From: an uncultured Chloroflexia bacterium
Lineage (GTDB): Bacteria > Chloroflexota > Anaerolineae > CG2-30-64-16
NCBI GenBank assembly: GCA_963774265.1
Contig: CAVZDU010000010.1
Coordinates: 352,001 to 416,000 of the forward strand
DNA length: 64,000 bases
Reading direction: 5' to 3'
Part shown: positions 9,827 through 20,824 of the stretch, one piece after another
Layout: every line of letters begins with the position of its first letter
Numbering within the stretch: position 1 is the first letter of the stretch
Translations under genes and position numbers: made by a program
The notes under the pieces: generated by a model
Database searches by the model: none
What the model saw: the letters and a program-made list of their open reading frames with translations, nothing else
What the model was told of the DNA's origin: nothing

Positions 9827-11931
9827 GGGGTTGGATCCGCAGCAGTTTCGGCCGCCTGGCTCTTGGCGGTAAAGTAGGCATTCAGGACTTCCCCGGCCAC
9901 CGGCGCAGCGACCGCGGATCCTTCGCCTCCGTTCATCACAAAGACAGTCACGACAATCTCCGGGTCGACGTAAGGGGCAAAGGCCGTAAACCAGGCGTGA
10001 GTGGGCAGGTTGCCCTTTTCATCACGGTCGGGCTGGCCGTCCTTGTTCCAGTCGCGCGCGAATTCGGCCGTCCCCGTCTTGCCTGCCAGCACCACACCAG
10101 GCACCTTTATGCGCGTGGCTGTCCCATAAGGGAAGTTCATAGCGCCGTACATGCCCTCGCGCACCACATCGATATATCGCGGTGCGACCGCAACCTCTTG
10201 CAGAACTTGGGGCTCGAATGGTCGGATAACCTCGCCGGTTTCGTCCGTCAGATGATCGACCAGTTGAGGCTTATACAGGACGCCGCGATTGGCGATCGCG
10301 GCCGACGCATTCGCCATCTGGATGGGGGTGGACAGGACATAACCCTGGCCAATGCTCATGTTGTACGTGTCGCCGGTCAGCCAGCTCTCCGCATAGTTGA
10401 TGCGCTTCCACTTTGATGTTGGAACCAGGCCGGCTGCTTCGCCCAGGAGCTCGATGCCGGTGGGCGTGCCCAGGCCGAACATCTTGGCGTAATTACCCAT
10501 GCGCGTGGACCCCAGTCCTTCGAAGATGTCACGGTAGCCGCCGCCGAGCATGTAGAAGTAGATATCATCCGAGACCGCGAGCGCGTGGCGCACATCGTCC
10601 AGTCCGTGACCGTATCCGTACTTGTGAGTCCAGGAGTAGAACGGCTGCGCGAGGGATCGATCCCAGGGTGCGAAGTCGTTGGGCACCCAGATAATGCCGT
10701 CGTTCACACCATCGAAGCCATCGCCGAGCTTGGTGCTTACGCTGATGACACCCTCCTGCAGACCGCCCGCCGCCATGATGATTTTGAACGTGGAGCCTGG
10801 CGGATACTGACCGGCGATGGCCTGGTTGAACATCGGAAGCAGCGGATCGTTGAGCAGCGCTGTGTACGCCTCTGTGGTGATGCCTTTGGCAAACAGGTTG
10901 TTGTCATAACTGGGTAAGCTGACGAGTGCCAGCACCTTACCGTTGCGCGGGTCCAGCGCGATGATCACTCCTTGGTTCGCCTTGGTGAATCCGGACGAGT
11001 TGTCAAGCGTGGTCTGCAGAGCTTGGGTCGCGGCCTTCTGCAAAGCCAGGTCGAGGGCAAGCACCAGGTTGTAGCCGGGAACTGCGGGCCTCGGCTCGCC
11101 GACCGTGCGCACCTTACGGCCGTGCACATCCACCTCGATGATTTGTTCGCTGGGCACACCGCGCATTTCGTCCTGAAAGCTGTACTCCAGCGCGGTCAGG
11201 CCCACCTGATCGTTTTGCTGATACCCCTGCTCCTCATACTCTGGAAGGAGACTCTCCGGGATGTGTCCCATGTAGCCGACGATGTGTGAGGTGAGCGCTC
11301 CGCTGGGGTAGTCGCGGATTGGCTCCAGCACCAACTGGACGCCAGGTAGATTGACCGCATCTTCAGCGATCAAGAACGCGGTGGCCTCGCTGATGTAGCG
11401 CGCCATCGTAATCGGCCGGTATGCACCACCGAGCCGGCCATCCGCGATTTTCGTCTCGATCTCGGCGCGCGGCATGACCCATGGGTCGCGCTCGCGGATG
11501 ACAGAGGCGGGATTTGGTGTCGGCTCCGGTGCCGCCTTCCCCTTGCGTTCCACCACAGCGGCGGGGGCGGGTGAAGGCGTTGCGCTGGAAGCAGGCTGAT
11601 TGAGGATCGCGAGCAGGCGGTTGAGCACGCGTGCGTCGCCTGCGCCCTCCGCTTCGTCGTCTGCATCCTCCGGCAGGTCTCCGGGCACCACAACGACGCT
11701 GAAACTGGGGCGGTTGCGTGCCAGAATCTCGCCATTGCGATCGTAGATGACCCCTCGCGGCGCAGTCACATCCATATCGCGCAGGCGGTTCTGATCGGCA
11801 AGCAGCCGATACTTTTCGCCCGCCACCATCTGGATCTGCCAGAGCCGGCCGATGAGCGTTACGGCCATAATGGCCACCACCAGGCGGAGAAACGCCAGGC
11901 GGGAGTACTTGGGATCGCGGGGCTCGAGCAC
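9823..11931 (-). CDS. mrdA: Penicillin-binding protein 2
   Basis: APRGVIYDRNG, YPPGSTFK (SxxK), SDD (SxN/D), KTGTAE; operon context. Confidence 0.95.
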   Translation of the reverse strand: MLEPRDPKYSRLAFLRLVVAIMAVTLIGRLWQIQMVAGEKYRLLADQNRLRDMDVTAPRGVIYDRNGEILARNRPSFSVVVVPGDLPEDADDEAEGAGDARVLNRLLAILNQPASSATPSPAPAAVVERKGKAAPEPTPNPASVIRERDPWVMPRAEIETKIADGRLGGAYRPITMARYISEATAFLIAEDAVNLPGVQLVLEPIRDYPSGALTSHIVGYMGHIPESLLPEYEEQGYQQNDQVGLTALEYSFQDEMRGVPSEQIIEVDVHGRKVRTVGEPRPAVPGYNLVLALDLALQKAATQALQTTLDNSSGFTKANQGVIIALDPRNGKVLALVSLPSYDNNLFAKGITTEAYTALLNDPLLPMFNQAIAGQYPPGSTFKIIMAAGGLQEGVISVSTKLGDGFDGVNDGIIWVPNDFAPWDRSLAQPFYSWTHKYGYGHGLDDVRHALAVSDDIYFYMLGGGYRDIFEGLGSTRMGNYAKMFGLGTPTGIELLGEAAGLVPTSKWKRINYAESWLTGDTYNMSIGQGYVLSTPIQMANASAAIANRGVLYKPQLVDHLTDETGEVIRPFEPQVLQEVAVAPRYIDVVREGMYGAMNFPYGTATRIKVPGVVLAGKTGTAEFARDWNKDGQPDRDEKGNLPTHAWFTAFAPYVDPEIVVTVFVMNGGEGSAVAAPVAGEVLNAYFTAKSQAAETAADPTP

Positions 11932-11934
11932 GTT

Positions 11935-12456
11935 CTATACCACTGGCGCCAGCCGCGCTGAGCCGGAGGCCCAACGCAGGATGCGCGCGACGACGATTGT
12001 CAGGAGAATGTTCAGAACCATTGCAGGCAGGACTACCCTGAGGGTCACACCCAGCCAATCGACCGGTACGCCCTGCGCCTGGCGGATGAACAACATGATC
12101 CACCCGTGGATAGGCGTCGCAATCGCCACGAAAACAACGGGCAGCCAGAGGTTGTTCGCATACACACTGGTGCGGCCAATCGAGGCCAAAAAGCATATGG
12201 GCATGAGCGCCAACGGCGAGGCCCCCAGCGGCAGGCCCGACACCACGTCGAAAGCTAATCCGCCGATGAACGCCCACATAAGCCCCTCGCTCACGCCATG
12301 CAAGAGGCTCCAGCAGATAACCATCACCAGGAGCAGGTCGGGTTGCGCACCGAAGAACCGGATGCGCGTGAGGAGAGTCGCCTGAATCAATACTGCCACG
12401 GCGAGGCCTACCAGGGTGAGATAGATATCGCGATCGCGCCAGGATCGTGTGAGCAT
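11935..12456 (-). CDS. mreD: Rod shape-determining protein MreD
   Basis: Hydrophobic, QPDLLLV...GLMWAFIGGLAFD; between mreC and mrdA. Confidence 0.9.
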   Translation of the reverse strand: MLTRSWRDRDIYLTLVGLAVAVLIQATLLTRIRFFGAQPDLLLVMVICWSLLHGVSEGLMWAFIGGLAFDVVSGLPLGASPLALMPICFLASIGRTSVYANNLWLPVVFVAIATPIHGWIMLFIRQAQGVPVDWLGVTLRVVLPAMVLNILLTIVVARILRWASGSARLAPVV

Positions 12457-12459
12457 GCG

Positions 12460-13341
12460 CTATCCTACGCTTTCGGGATCGGCCGGCTGACCGGGCAATG
12501 GCTCGAAGTTCGTAATGACCAGGACGAACTCCAGCCGGTTAAAGTCGACTGTAGGTCGCACCACGGCCTGCTGATACATATCGAAGTCCTGTTTCTTAAC
12601 CTCGGTCACCTGGCCGATGATCAGGTTTTTCGGGAAATTGCCGCCAAGTCCCGATGTGATCACCTCGTCGCCGGGGCTGACGTCTGCCTCCTGCGCGATA
12701 TAGTCCATCACGGGTGATCCGCCGGCCTGGCCGGTAACGACGCCCACTGCGCGGCTGTTTTCTCGCTTGATCATGGCTTGCACGCCGCTGGAGGGGTCGG
12801 TAATCAGAAGCACCGTGGATGTGGTCGGGCCGACCTTCTGGATACGCCCAACCAGGCCGCGTTCGGTGACCACTGGCATTCCCGCTGCAATGCCCTGGTC
12901 TGTGCCAAGATCAATCGTGATGGCCGACAGGTAGTTGGTCGGCCCACGGCTGATCACGCGTGCGATCAGTTGGCCGCCACGAAAGTCGTAGAACGGATTG
13001 AGTTGGCGAAAGCGGTTCAGTTCACGCAGTTGCTGATTCTCGGTCTGCAACTCAGTCAAGCGCGCGTTATCGATGGTCAACGTGTCAACCAGGGCCTGGA
13101 GACGACGATTTTCACTGCGCAGCGTTGATAAGTCGCGCACCGTGGTGATGACGTTGTCGACCTGGCGCCCGATGTTATTGAACACCCCGAGAAACGGACG
13201 GCTTGCAGTCGACATGGCGCCCTCGACAGGCGCCATGCGGTCAGTTGATGACAAGATGAGGAGGATGACGCTGACTGTCGTCAGCAGCAGGAACAGGACA
13301 CTGCTGACAGAAAAACGGCGGTTGGTAAGGCTGCGCTTCAC
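12460..13341 (-). CDS. mreC: Rod shape-determining protein MreC
   Basis: TM + coiled coil (ENQQLRE), IDLGTDQGI, GLVGRI, VITSGLGGNFPKNLIIG. Confidence 0.93.
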   Translation of the reverse strand: MKRSLTNRRFSVSSVLFLLLTTVSVILLILSSTDRMAPVEGAMSTASRPFLGVFNNIGRQVDNVITTVRDLSTLRSENRRLQALVDTLTIDNARLTELQTENQQLRELNRFRQLNPFYDFRGGQLIARVISRGPTNYLSAITIDLGTDQGIAAGMPVVTERGLVGRIQKVGPTTSTVLLITDPSSGVQAMIKRENSRAVGVVTGQAGGSPVMDYIAQEADVSPGDEVITSGLGGNFPKNLIIGQVTEVKKQDFDMYQQAVVRPTVDFNRLEFVLVITNFEPLPGQPADPESVG

Positions 13342-13352
13342 ATTTCTTCTTA

Positions 13353-14447
13353 TTAGTGCAGCGTGCTTCCGCGCTGCATACTGGCCAGCGTCTTCTGCAG
13401 CACAACGAAGTCTTCGAGCACCATGCCGGACCCGCGTGCCACACAGCTCATCGGATCTTCGGCCACGTACACCCTCATCCGGGTTTCTTCCGTAAGCCGT
13501 TCGGACAGCCCCTTAAGGAGCGCGCCGCCACCTGCAAGAGCGATGCCGTGTTCCATCAGATCGGCAATCAGCTCCGGCGGCGTCTGGTCGATGGCCTGAC
13601 GGATGGTGTCTACTATGATGCTCACCGAGTTGCGCAATGCCTCCCGAAGCTCCACGCTGCTGATTTCCACAGCTTCTGGCAGGCCGGTGATCAGATTGCG
13701 CCCACGCAACTCGACTGTCAATTCAGGATCCAGGGGATAGGCAGATCCGGCCTCGATTTTGACTCGCTCGGCCATCTGCTCGCCGATAAGCAGATTGTAT
13801 TTCTGCCGGGCATAGGCCATGATATCTTCGTTCATCTCATCCCCGGCGACGCGGATCGAACCGGCTACCACAATCCCGCCCAGAGATGTCACGGCAATCT
13901 CGGTGGTTCCGCCGCCGATGTCCACGATCATGCTGCCGCGCGCCTCGGCGACTGGCAGGCCCGCACCGATGGCCGCAGCCATGGGTTCCTCGATCAGGAA
14001 GGCTTCGCGCGCACCCGCACTGATGGTGGCATCGAATACGGCGCGTTTTTCCACTTCAGTGACGCCGCTCGGGATACCCACGACCACGCGGGGACGCGGC
14101 ACTCGCAACACCATGCGTTCGTGGGCTTTCCGGATGAAGTGATCGAGCATCTTCTCGGTCACTTCGAAGTCGGAAATGACGCCGTCGCGCAGTGGCCGGA
14201 TGGCCACGATGTTGCCGGGCGTGCGGCCTACCATTTCCTTGGCTTCGGTGCCGATGGCCAAAACTTTCTTGCTCTTCTTTTCGATGGCCACGACAGAAGG
14301 CTCATTGATGATGATGCCGCGATTGCGAACATAGACCAGGGTATTTGCTGTGCCCAAGTCGATGCCAATATCAAGGGAGAAAAGGCCGAGAAGCCAATTA
14401 AGCGGGCTGACCACGCGAGCTGTGCTCCTGGTGTTAGTTACGCGCAA
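13353..14447 (-). CDS. mreB: Actin-like protein MreB (true start probably near 14414)
   Basis: IGIDLGTANTLVY, EPSVVA, RPLRDGVI, IVDIGGGTTEIA, LAGGGALL. Confidence 0.97.
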   Translation of the reverse strand: MRVTNTRSTARVVSPLNWLLGLFSLDIGIDLGTANTLVYVRNRGIIINEPSVVAIEKKSKKVLAIGTEAKEMVGRTPGNIVAIRPLRDGVISDFEVTEKMLDHFIRKAHERMVLRVPRPRVVVGIPSGVTEVEKRAVFDATISAGAREAFLIEEPMAAAIGAGLPVAEARGSMIVDIGGGTTEIAVTSLGGIVVAGSIRVAGDEMNEDIMAYARQKYNLLIGEQMAERVKIEAGSAYPLDPELTVELRGRNLITGLPEAVEISSVELREALRNSVSIIVDTIRQAIDQTPPELIADLMEHGIALAGGGALLKGLSERLTEETRMRVYVAEDPMSCVARGSGMVLEDFVVLQKTLASMQRGSTLH

Positions 14448-14564
14448 AGCGTCTCAATGGCGCGCAGAGTCTAAATTATAGCACTCTGCACCAGGATGCC
14501 CAAAAGTCCTACAAAAGTAGCGCGACCCTTTGTCGGAACGTTCCCTGCGTGCTATCATCCCTGT

Positions 14565-16049
14565 ATGAGTACGCTCGTCTCGCGCGTCGCCGCATACATT
14601 CATCAGCATGCACTGCTCCGATCCGGCGATGCGGTGGTTGTTGGCGTTTCTGGCGGGCCCGATTCGCTTTGCCTGCTCCATCTTCTGCTTCAGCTTGCCC
14701 CTCAGATGCATCTGCGCCTTCATGCTGCACATCTCAATCATGCGTTGCGAGGGGATGAATCGGACGCGGATGCGAGTCACGTCGAGACGCTTGCGCAAGC
14801 CTGGGGCATCCCTTGCACCCTTGCGCGAGTTGACGTGCAGGCCGTCGCCATTAAGCACCGGCTTTCGCTGGAAGAGGCCGCACGACAGGCGCGGTACGCT
14901 TTCTTGGCAAACGTTGCCCAGCAGGTCGGTGCGGCGCATATCGCAGTGGGCCACCATGCAGATGACCAGGCGGAGACTGTCCTGATGCACTTCCTGCGCG
15001 GTAGCGGGGTCGCCGGCCTGCGCGGGATGTTGCCTCGGATGCCCCTGTCCGACTACCGGGCGCTGTCGGAGCGGGCGGGTGGAGTGGACACGGAGCTGAT
15101 CCTCGTGCGCCCCCTTCTCGGGGTGCGCCGCGCCGAAATAGAGACTTACTGCGCGAAGCACGCCCTGGAGCCCCGGACAGACCGGAGCAACGCTGACACG
15201 ACTATCCATCGCAACCGCCTGCGCCACGAACTACTGCCCATCCTGCGCCACATAAACCCTGCCATCGATGAGGTGTTGGCGCACACTGCGGACGTAATGG
15301 CAGGGGATTTCGAGACACTGGCCGAGGCGACTCAGTCCGCGCTCAGCCGCGTGGAGATCGATGCGGCGTCCGAGCCTGCTAAGGCAGGCAATGAGGTCCA
15401 CTATTGGCTGGCGGAGTGGCGTCGGCTTCCGATCGGCCTGCAGCGCGCGACAGCGCGGGCAGCGGTGGTGCGTCTCCGGCGTAGTCTGCGCGATATCAAC
15501 TGGGAACACATCGACGCCGCAGTCCGTATTGGCCGCGAGGGCAAGACCGGCGACTCAGCCACGATCTCGGCCGGGCTGGCCTTGACGGTCGGCTATGATG
15601 TGCTGCGCATCGGGCCAGAAGATGCGACGACACCGGGTCTGGGGCCCCAGGTGCAGGAACCGCTTTCGCTCAGTGCTCCGGGCGCAACCGATATCGGCCG
15701 CGGCTGGCGGGTGGCTGTTGAGCTTTTGACCGCTGCAGATGTGGCGCAAGCCTATGGGGTGAACGCCGATACCTGGACTGCCTACCTCGACGCCGATGCG
15801 GTGGGATCGCAGCTGGCCTTGCGTCCGCGACAGCCCGGCGACCGGTTTCAGCCGCTGGGGCTGGGGGGGCATTCGGCGCGCGTCAATGAGTTCATGATCA
15901 ACGCGAAAGTTCCCGCCGCGGATCGGGCCGCCTGGCCCCTGCTGATCGGTGCGGCAGGCATTGCCTGGTTGTGCGGCCTGCGGGTCGATACGCGTTCCGC
16001 AATTGGTCCTGCAACGCAGCGGGTCTGGCGAGTGAGGTTTGAACGATGA
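14565..16049 (+). CDS. tilS: tRNA(Ile)-lysidine synthetase
   Basis: VGVSGGPDS PP-loop, EEAARQARY, GHHADDQAETVL, RNRLRHELLP, C-terminal PGDRFQP. Confidence 0.95.
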   Translation: MSTLVSRVAAYIHQHALLRSGDAVVVGVSGGPDSLCLLHLLLQLAPQMHLRLHAAHLNHALRGDESDADASHVETLAQAWGIPCTLARVDVQAVAIKHRLSLEEAARQARYAFLANVAQQVGAAHIAVGHHADDQAETVLMHFLRGSGVAGLRGMLPRMPLSDYRALSERAGGVDTELILVRPLLGVRRAEIETYCAKHALEPRTDRSNADTTIHRNRLRHELLPILRHINPAIDEVLAHTADVMAGDFETLAEATQSALSRVEIDAASEPAKAGNEVHYWLAEWRRLPIGLQRATARAAVVRLRRSLRDINWEHIDAAVRIGREGKTGDSATISAGLALTVGYDVLRIGPEDATTPGLGPQVQEPLSLSAPGATDIGRGWRVAVELLTAADVAQAYGVNADTWTAYLDADAVGSQLALRPRQPGDRFQPLGLGGHSARVNEFMINAKVPAADRAAWPLLIGAAGIAWLCGLRVDTRSAIGPATQRVWRVRFER

Positions 16050-17244
16050 GTGGGATCGTCCAATTAGCAGCAGGCAAGGACAGGCCCGTACGCCAGGGCC
16101 ATCCGTGGGTCTTTTCTGGGGCCATTCGGGAGACGCGTGGCGCGGCGAAACCCGGTGATATCGTGGAGGTGGTCGACGAGCGTGGCGACTGGCTTGCCCG
16201 CGGCTACTACAACCCGAAGTCGCAGATCGTTGTCCGCATCCTCACGCGGGAGCACGAAGAAGCCATCGACCGTGACTTTTGGGCGCGCAGGCTTCTCGCC
16301 GCATCTGGCATGCGCGACGCGCTCGAACCTGGCGCGGGACACGACCGGTTATCGCCTCGTCTTCGCGGAAAGCGATCGCATTCCCGGCCTGATCGTCGAT
16401 CGATATGACGACTGGCTGAGCGTGCAGTTCCTCACACTCGGCGTAGATGTTCAGAAAGAGCTGCTCGTTGATCTGCTCGTGGATCTCTTCAAGCCCGCGG
16501 GCATCGTGGATCGCTCGGACCCGGTTGCGCGGCGGCAAGAGGGATTGCGACCAGAGGGGGGGCTGCTGGTCGGGCGCACGCCGCCCGAAGACCTGCAGAT
16601 CGTCGAGCACGGGTTGCGGTTCCCTGTGGATCTGCTGGGCGGTCAGAAGACGGGGTTTCTACCTGGACCAGCGAGAGAATCGCCGCGTTGTGGCGCGACT
16701 CGCGCGCGGCAAGCGTGTGCTCAATGCGTTCAGCTTCACGGGCGCGTTCGCGGTCCACGCATTGGCAGAGGGCGCTGCCCACGTGACCAACATCGACACT
16801 TCGTTTGATGCCCTGGAGGGTGCCGAGGCTGCAATCCGGCTGAATCGCTTTGACCCGGATCTCCAGGCCGAGGGGATCCACGGTGACGTGTTCCAGGTGC
16901 TGCGTGGTTTTCGCGATGAGGGCCGGCAGTTCGACATGGTGATTCTTGACCCGCCGAAATTCGCGCGCAGCAAGGCCGATCTTGACGCCGCGGCACGCGG
17001 TTATAAGGACATCAATCTGTTGGGCATGCGGCTGCTTGCGCCGGGCGGTGTCCTGGCAACGTTTTCCTGCTCCGGTTTGGTTACTCCTGATTTGTTTCAG
17101 AAGATCGTCTTCGGCGCCAGCATCGATGCGAGCCGGGCTGCCCAGGTCATTGCGCGCCTAACGCAGGCATCCGACCATCCACTGCTGCTTACCTTTCCGG
17201 AGGGCGAGTACCTCAAGGGACTGCTGGCAAGAATGGTGGATTAG
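16046..17244 (+). CDS. rlmI: 23S rRNA m5C1962-type methyltransferase (two indels)
   Basis: GHPWVFSG PUA domain, ESDRIPGLIVDRY, GQKTGFYLDQRENR, VLNAFSFTGAF, LDPPKF, FSCS. Confidence 0.85.
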
Positions 17245-17350
17245 GTGGCGATATTCGCGCCCTGCGCGCTTTTGCGGTATTATGAGGGCATCGGGTGGTG
17301 CCGGTCGCACGTCCGATCTTGATATCCTCAACCTGACATGTGGAGCCATA

Positions 17351-18511
17351 TTGATACGTTTTCGATGCCTTGCCGTGCTCCTGGTTTTCGCAGCATTGAT
17401 CGGTCCAGGCAGCACTGTCCAGGCGCAAAGCCCTGAGCGGCTGGTCCTGGCTTTCTACTATACGTGGTTTGATGAGCATAGCTGGGGCGCGAACAAAGTC
17501 CCCGATGTCCCGCAGCAGACTTATGTATCGCGCGATCGAGGCGTGATGGGACGGCACATCGACCAGGCCAAGGGCGCAGGAATCGATGCGTTTGTGGTGT
17601 CGTGGTACGGCCCGCGGACGGAGAACAACCAGACGGAGACCAACTTACGTGCGATGCTCGACGAGGCGGCCGCGCGCGGTTTCCGAATGGCAGTTGACGT
17701 CGAAGTGACGAGTCCCTTCTTTGGCGGAACCGGCGACGTCCAGGCCGCGTCTGGCGACCTTGCTGGCCACTCATGCGCAGCACCCGGCCTATTTGCGCTC
17801 GGACGGCAAACCGGTGATCTTCTTCTGGCGGCAGCAGCGTTTCAACTCGGGCACGTGGGCCGCCATCCGCAACGCGGTGGACCCTGGGCACGACAGCGTC
17901 TGGATCGAGGAAGGGGTGGATGTGTCGCCGTTGTCGGTCTTTGACGGTCACCATCTTTACAGCGTGACGTGGAATCCGCCGACCGACATGGCGGAGCACG
18001 GCAAAGAAGTTCGCGCAGCGCACGCGTGCGGCCGCAGCGAAGTTGGGTGTGCCGAAGGTCTATGTGGCCACCGTCATGCCGGGATACGATGACCGGAAGA
18101 CCGGCCGCGGTAATGCGTTCGCGGTGGGGCGGGAAGATGGCGCATACTATCGCGCGATCTTGGCAGGCTGCGATCGGCAGTGCACCGGATTGGATCGTGA
18201 TCACCAGCTTCAACGAGTGGCCCGAGGGCACCTATATCGAAGCCAGCCAGGCCTACGGGACGAAGTACCTGGAGCTGACGGCCCAGTGGTCATCTGCGTT
18301 TCGGGGTTCAGCGCCGCCACCCGTGCAAGCTGTGTCCGCGTCGCCTGAACCTGCCCCCGCGAAGCCCGCGGGCGCAGCCGCTGCGCCGAGGCCGCCTGCA
18401 CTGAAGATCACGCCGCCTGCACCGACGCCGACGCCCGTCCCCACTCCCAGCCGGCCGCCGGTGACGCCTGAACCAGTCTATACAGCGCTTGGAGTGCCAG
18501 CGCGTTTGTAA
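17351..18511 (+). CDS. Secreted GH99/GH71-like glycoside hydrolase with Pro-rich tail (indels)
   Basis: Signal peptide, VLAFYYTWF, AKGAGIDAFVVSWYG, VMPGYDD, ITSFNEWPEGTYIE. Confidence 0.75.
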
Positions 18512-18529
18512 TGAAAGGAGTCTTGCCTC

Positions 18530-19073
18530 ATGATTGACCCATCGTACATCGCTGAGATCCTGATTCCTTCGGACAAGCTGCAGGCCCGGATCTGTGAGTT
18601 GGGGGCCGAAATCGATCGTGATTATGGCGGGCAAGACCTGCTGCTGCTTTCCGTGCTCAAAGGCAGCGTCCTGTTCCTGTCCGACCTCATGCGTTGTATC
18701 AACACACCGCACAGCATTGACTTCATGGCCACGTCCTCGTACGGTAACGCGATGGAGTCCTCTGGCGTTGTCCGCATCCTTAAGGACCTTGACCAGCCTA
18801 TCGAGGGCCGCAATGTGCTGATTGTCGAGGATATCATCGACACGGGGCACACGCTCGAATACCTGGTGCGCATCCTGCGCGCGCGGCTTCCCAAATCACT
18901 GGAGATTTGCACACTGCTCAATAAACCCAGCGCGGCGCAAGGTTGACGTACCGGTCAAGTACATCGGTTTTGACATTCCCGACAAATTCGTGCTGGGGTA
19001 TGGCCTGGATTTTATCGAGAAGTACCGCAACTTGCCGTACATTGCCGTTCTTGCGCCCGAGTACTATTCGTAA
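18530..19073 (+). CDS. hpt: Hypoxanthine phosphoribosyltransferase (indel near 18935)
   Basis: [23 protein letters not shown] motif, FVLGYGLD...YRNLPYI. Confidence 0.93.
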
Positions 19074-20049
19074 CAAGCGTCGACCCGCGCTGATTGCGCT
19101 GGGAGCCGCCTGTTTCGTACTCTGCCTGTGGCTCGGCGGGGCCTCCATCGCGCGCGCCGAAGAATTGGTCATCGATCTGCGAGAGACGCCTGCAGCAGCG
19201 TTGAAGCACGATGATGGCGTGGACCCGTTCGCGCCGATCCTCTCGCCCTCCTATCGTATGACTGGCGACCCCACGATGACGCGTGTGCGGGTTTGGCCGT
19301 GGCCGCCAACGCAGGGCGAGACGCTCGCCGTTTCTGTCCGGGCGCGCGAGCCTGTTACCTATACGCTGACCTTCGGAGGCCGTCCGTATGTCGTCCATTC
19401 TGCCGGCGGCACGGGATGGTCGCTGGTTCCGATCCCGCCTCTCACAGCTCCAGGCTATGTCCCCCTGGCGATCCGGGCGGGTGACCAGCAATTCTTGCTG
19501 AACGTTCTCGTTCGCGCTGGCCTTTTTGACGCTTTCAATATCCCCGCGACAGCAGCCGCATCGATCCTCTCAAATGCCGATAAAGTCAGCGCTGAGGCCG
19601 CGCGTATGACCCGGCTCTTTTCGGGCCTGACAACAGGTGGGTGGAACCTGCACAGCCGGTTTGTTGCGCCGTTGCGCGGAGAATTCCGCCACACGTCTCC
19701 TTACGGCTCGCGCCGCACGTATGGCAATGATCCGGCGGTCTCCGCGGACGCGGGCGAAGACTACAGCGCGCCGGCCGGAACGCTGGTGTATGCGCCGGCC
19801 GCCGGACAGGTGGTGTTGGCCGAGACGCTATTCGTGCGGGGTAACGCCGTTGTGCTCGATCATGGGAACGGTGTATTCACCGGCTACTGGCACTTATCTG
19901 CGTTGGACGTCAAGCCTGGTGCGCAGGTTGCCCCAGGGGAACTCCTTGGCAAGGTTGGCAGCACTGGCCTCAGCACCGGCGCCCATCTGCACTGGGAACT
20001 CCGCATCGCAGGGATGGCGGTGAATCCGCTGCAGTGGGTCAGGCCGTAA
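18943..20049 (+). CDS. M23 family peptidase-like secreted protein (real start probably about 19075-19090)
   Basis: [42 protein letters not shown]. Confidence 0.85.
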   Translation: MTYRSSTSVLTFPTNSCWGMAWILSRSTATCRTLPFLRPSTIRNKRRPALIALGAACFVLCLWLGGASIARAEELVIDLRETPAAALKHDDGVDPFAPILSPSYRMTGDPTMTRVRVWPWPPTQGETLAVSVRAREPVTYTLTFGGRPYVVHSAGGTGWSLVPIPPLTAPGYVPLAIRAGDQQFLLNVLVRAGLFDAFNIPATAAASILSNADKVSAEAARMTRLFSGLTTGGWNLHSRFVAPLRGEFRHTSPYGSRRTYGNDPAVSADAGEDYSAPAGTLVYAPAAGQVVLAETLFVRGNAVVLDHGNGVFTGYWHLSALDVKPGAQVAPGELLGKVGSTGLSTGAHLHWELRIAGMAVNPLQWVRP

Positions 20050-20051
20050 AC

Positions 20052-20081
20052 AAAAAGCGCAGGGACGACGCCCTGCGCTTT
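20052..20081. terminator. Bidirectional intrinsic terminator between the M23 gene and rplY
   Basis: AAAGCGCAGGG-ACGACG-CCCTGCGCTTT; U-tract on minus strand. Confidence 0.8.
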
Positions 20082-20100
20082 CAATCGAGACCTGAGTCGC

Positions 20101-20748
20101 TTATTCGGCCTCTTCCTCTTCCTTCTTACCCCGCTTGACCACTTCCACTTCATCCGCCACCGGAGCTTCCTCGACTGCTTCTTCAACAGCCGCCGCGCGG
20201 GACGGAGTGATGGCGAAGAGAACCTGCTCTCCATCGGTCAGAAGCTTGACCTTGTCGGGCATCTGAAGCTGCTTGGCGAGGACTTCATCGTGCATGGACG
20301 CCAGCGACGACAGATCGGCAACGAGATGTTCAGGGATATCTCCAGGCAAGCACTCGACTTCAACCGAGTCGAGACCGCGCACCAACACCATGTCCGGGTT
20401 GGTCATGGCAGGGCCCTGGCCTTGCGGGACCACGGCGACGCTCACGCGCACCAGTTCGGTCATCGATACAGCCAGAAAATCCACGTGCAGGATGTTGTGC
20501 TTGGTCGGATGGCGCTGAACCTCGCGTGCTAACACGTTCAGCAGCGCCTGGCCCGGCACGCTCAGCTCGATCATGCGGCCACTGGCCTTGTGCAACGCGA
20601 TACCGAGCAGCTTGCGATCCATCGATACTGCCAGCGCCTCCTGGCCCTTACCATACACGACGCCTGGCACGCGCTCTGCATCGCGCACTTCACGATTACT
20701 ATGGCGGCCCGCAGCGCGGGGCTCCGCCTGAATGGTTACGTTCTCCAT
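20101..20748 (-). CDS. rplY: 50S ribosomal protein L25/Ctc
   Basis: VPGVVYG, REVQRHP...ILHVDF, VECLPGDIP, acidic tail EVEVVKRGKKEEEEAE. Confidence 0.93.
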   Translation of the reverse strand: MENVTIQAEPRAAGRHSNREVRDAERVPGVVYGKGQEALAVSMDRKLLGIALHKASGRMIELSVPGQALLNVLAREVQRHPTKHNILHVDFLAVSMTELVRVSVAVVPQGQGPAMTNPDMVLVRGLDSVEVECLPGDIPEHLVADLSSLASMHDEVLAKQLQMPDKVKLLTDGEQVLFAITPSRAAAVEEAVEEAPVADEVEVVKRGKKEEEEAE

Positions 20749-20781
20749 GTTCATGTTCTCCCTTAATGAATGCAACACTTT

Positions 20782-20810
20782 ATTCTATCGCAGAGCGGAC
20801 TTTTCGTCAA
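20782..20810 (-). promoter_or_regulatory. Sigma70-type promoter of rplY
   Basis: TTGACG-17 nt-TAGAAT on minus strand. Confidence 0.6.
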
Positions 20811-20824
20811 AAGAATGGGCATGG

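Noticed and set aside
13356-14474. Long antisense ORFs (also 39878-41206, 41079-42428, 49025-50326, 50357-51655, 57060-58607, 59025-60245)
   Set aside because: Shadow frames of well-supported opposite-strand genes, expected with high GC3; no recognisable motifs
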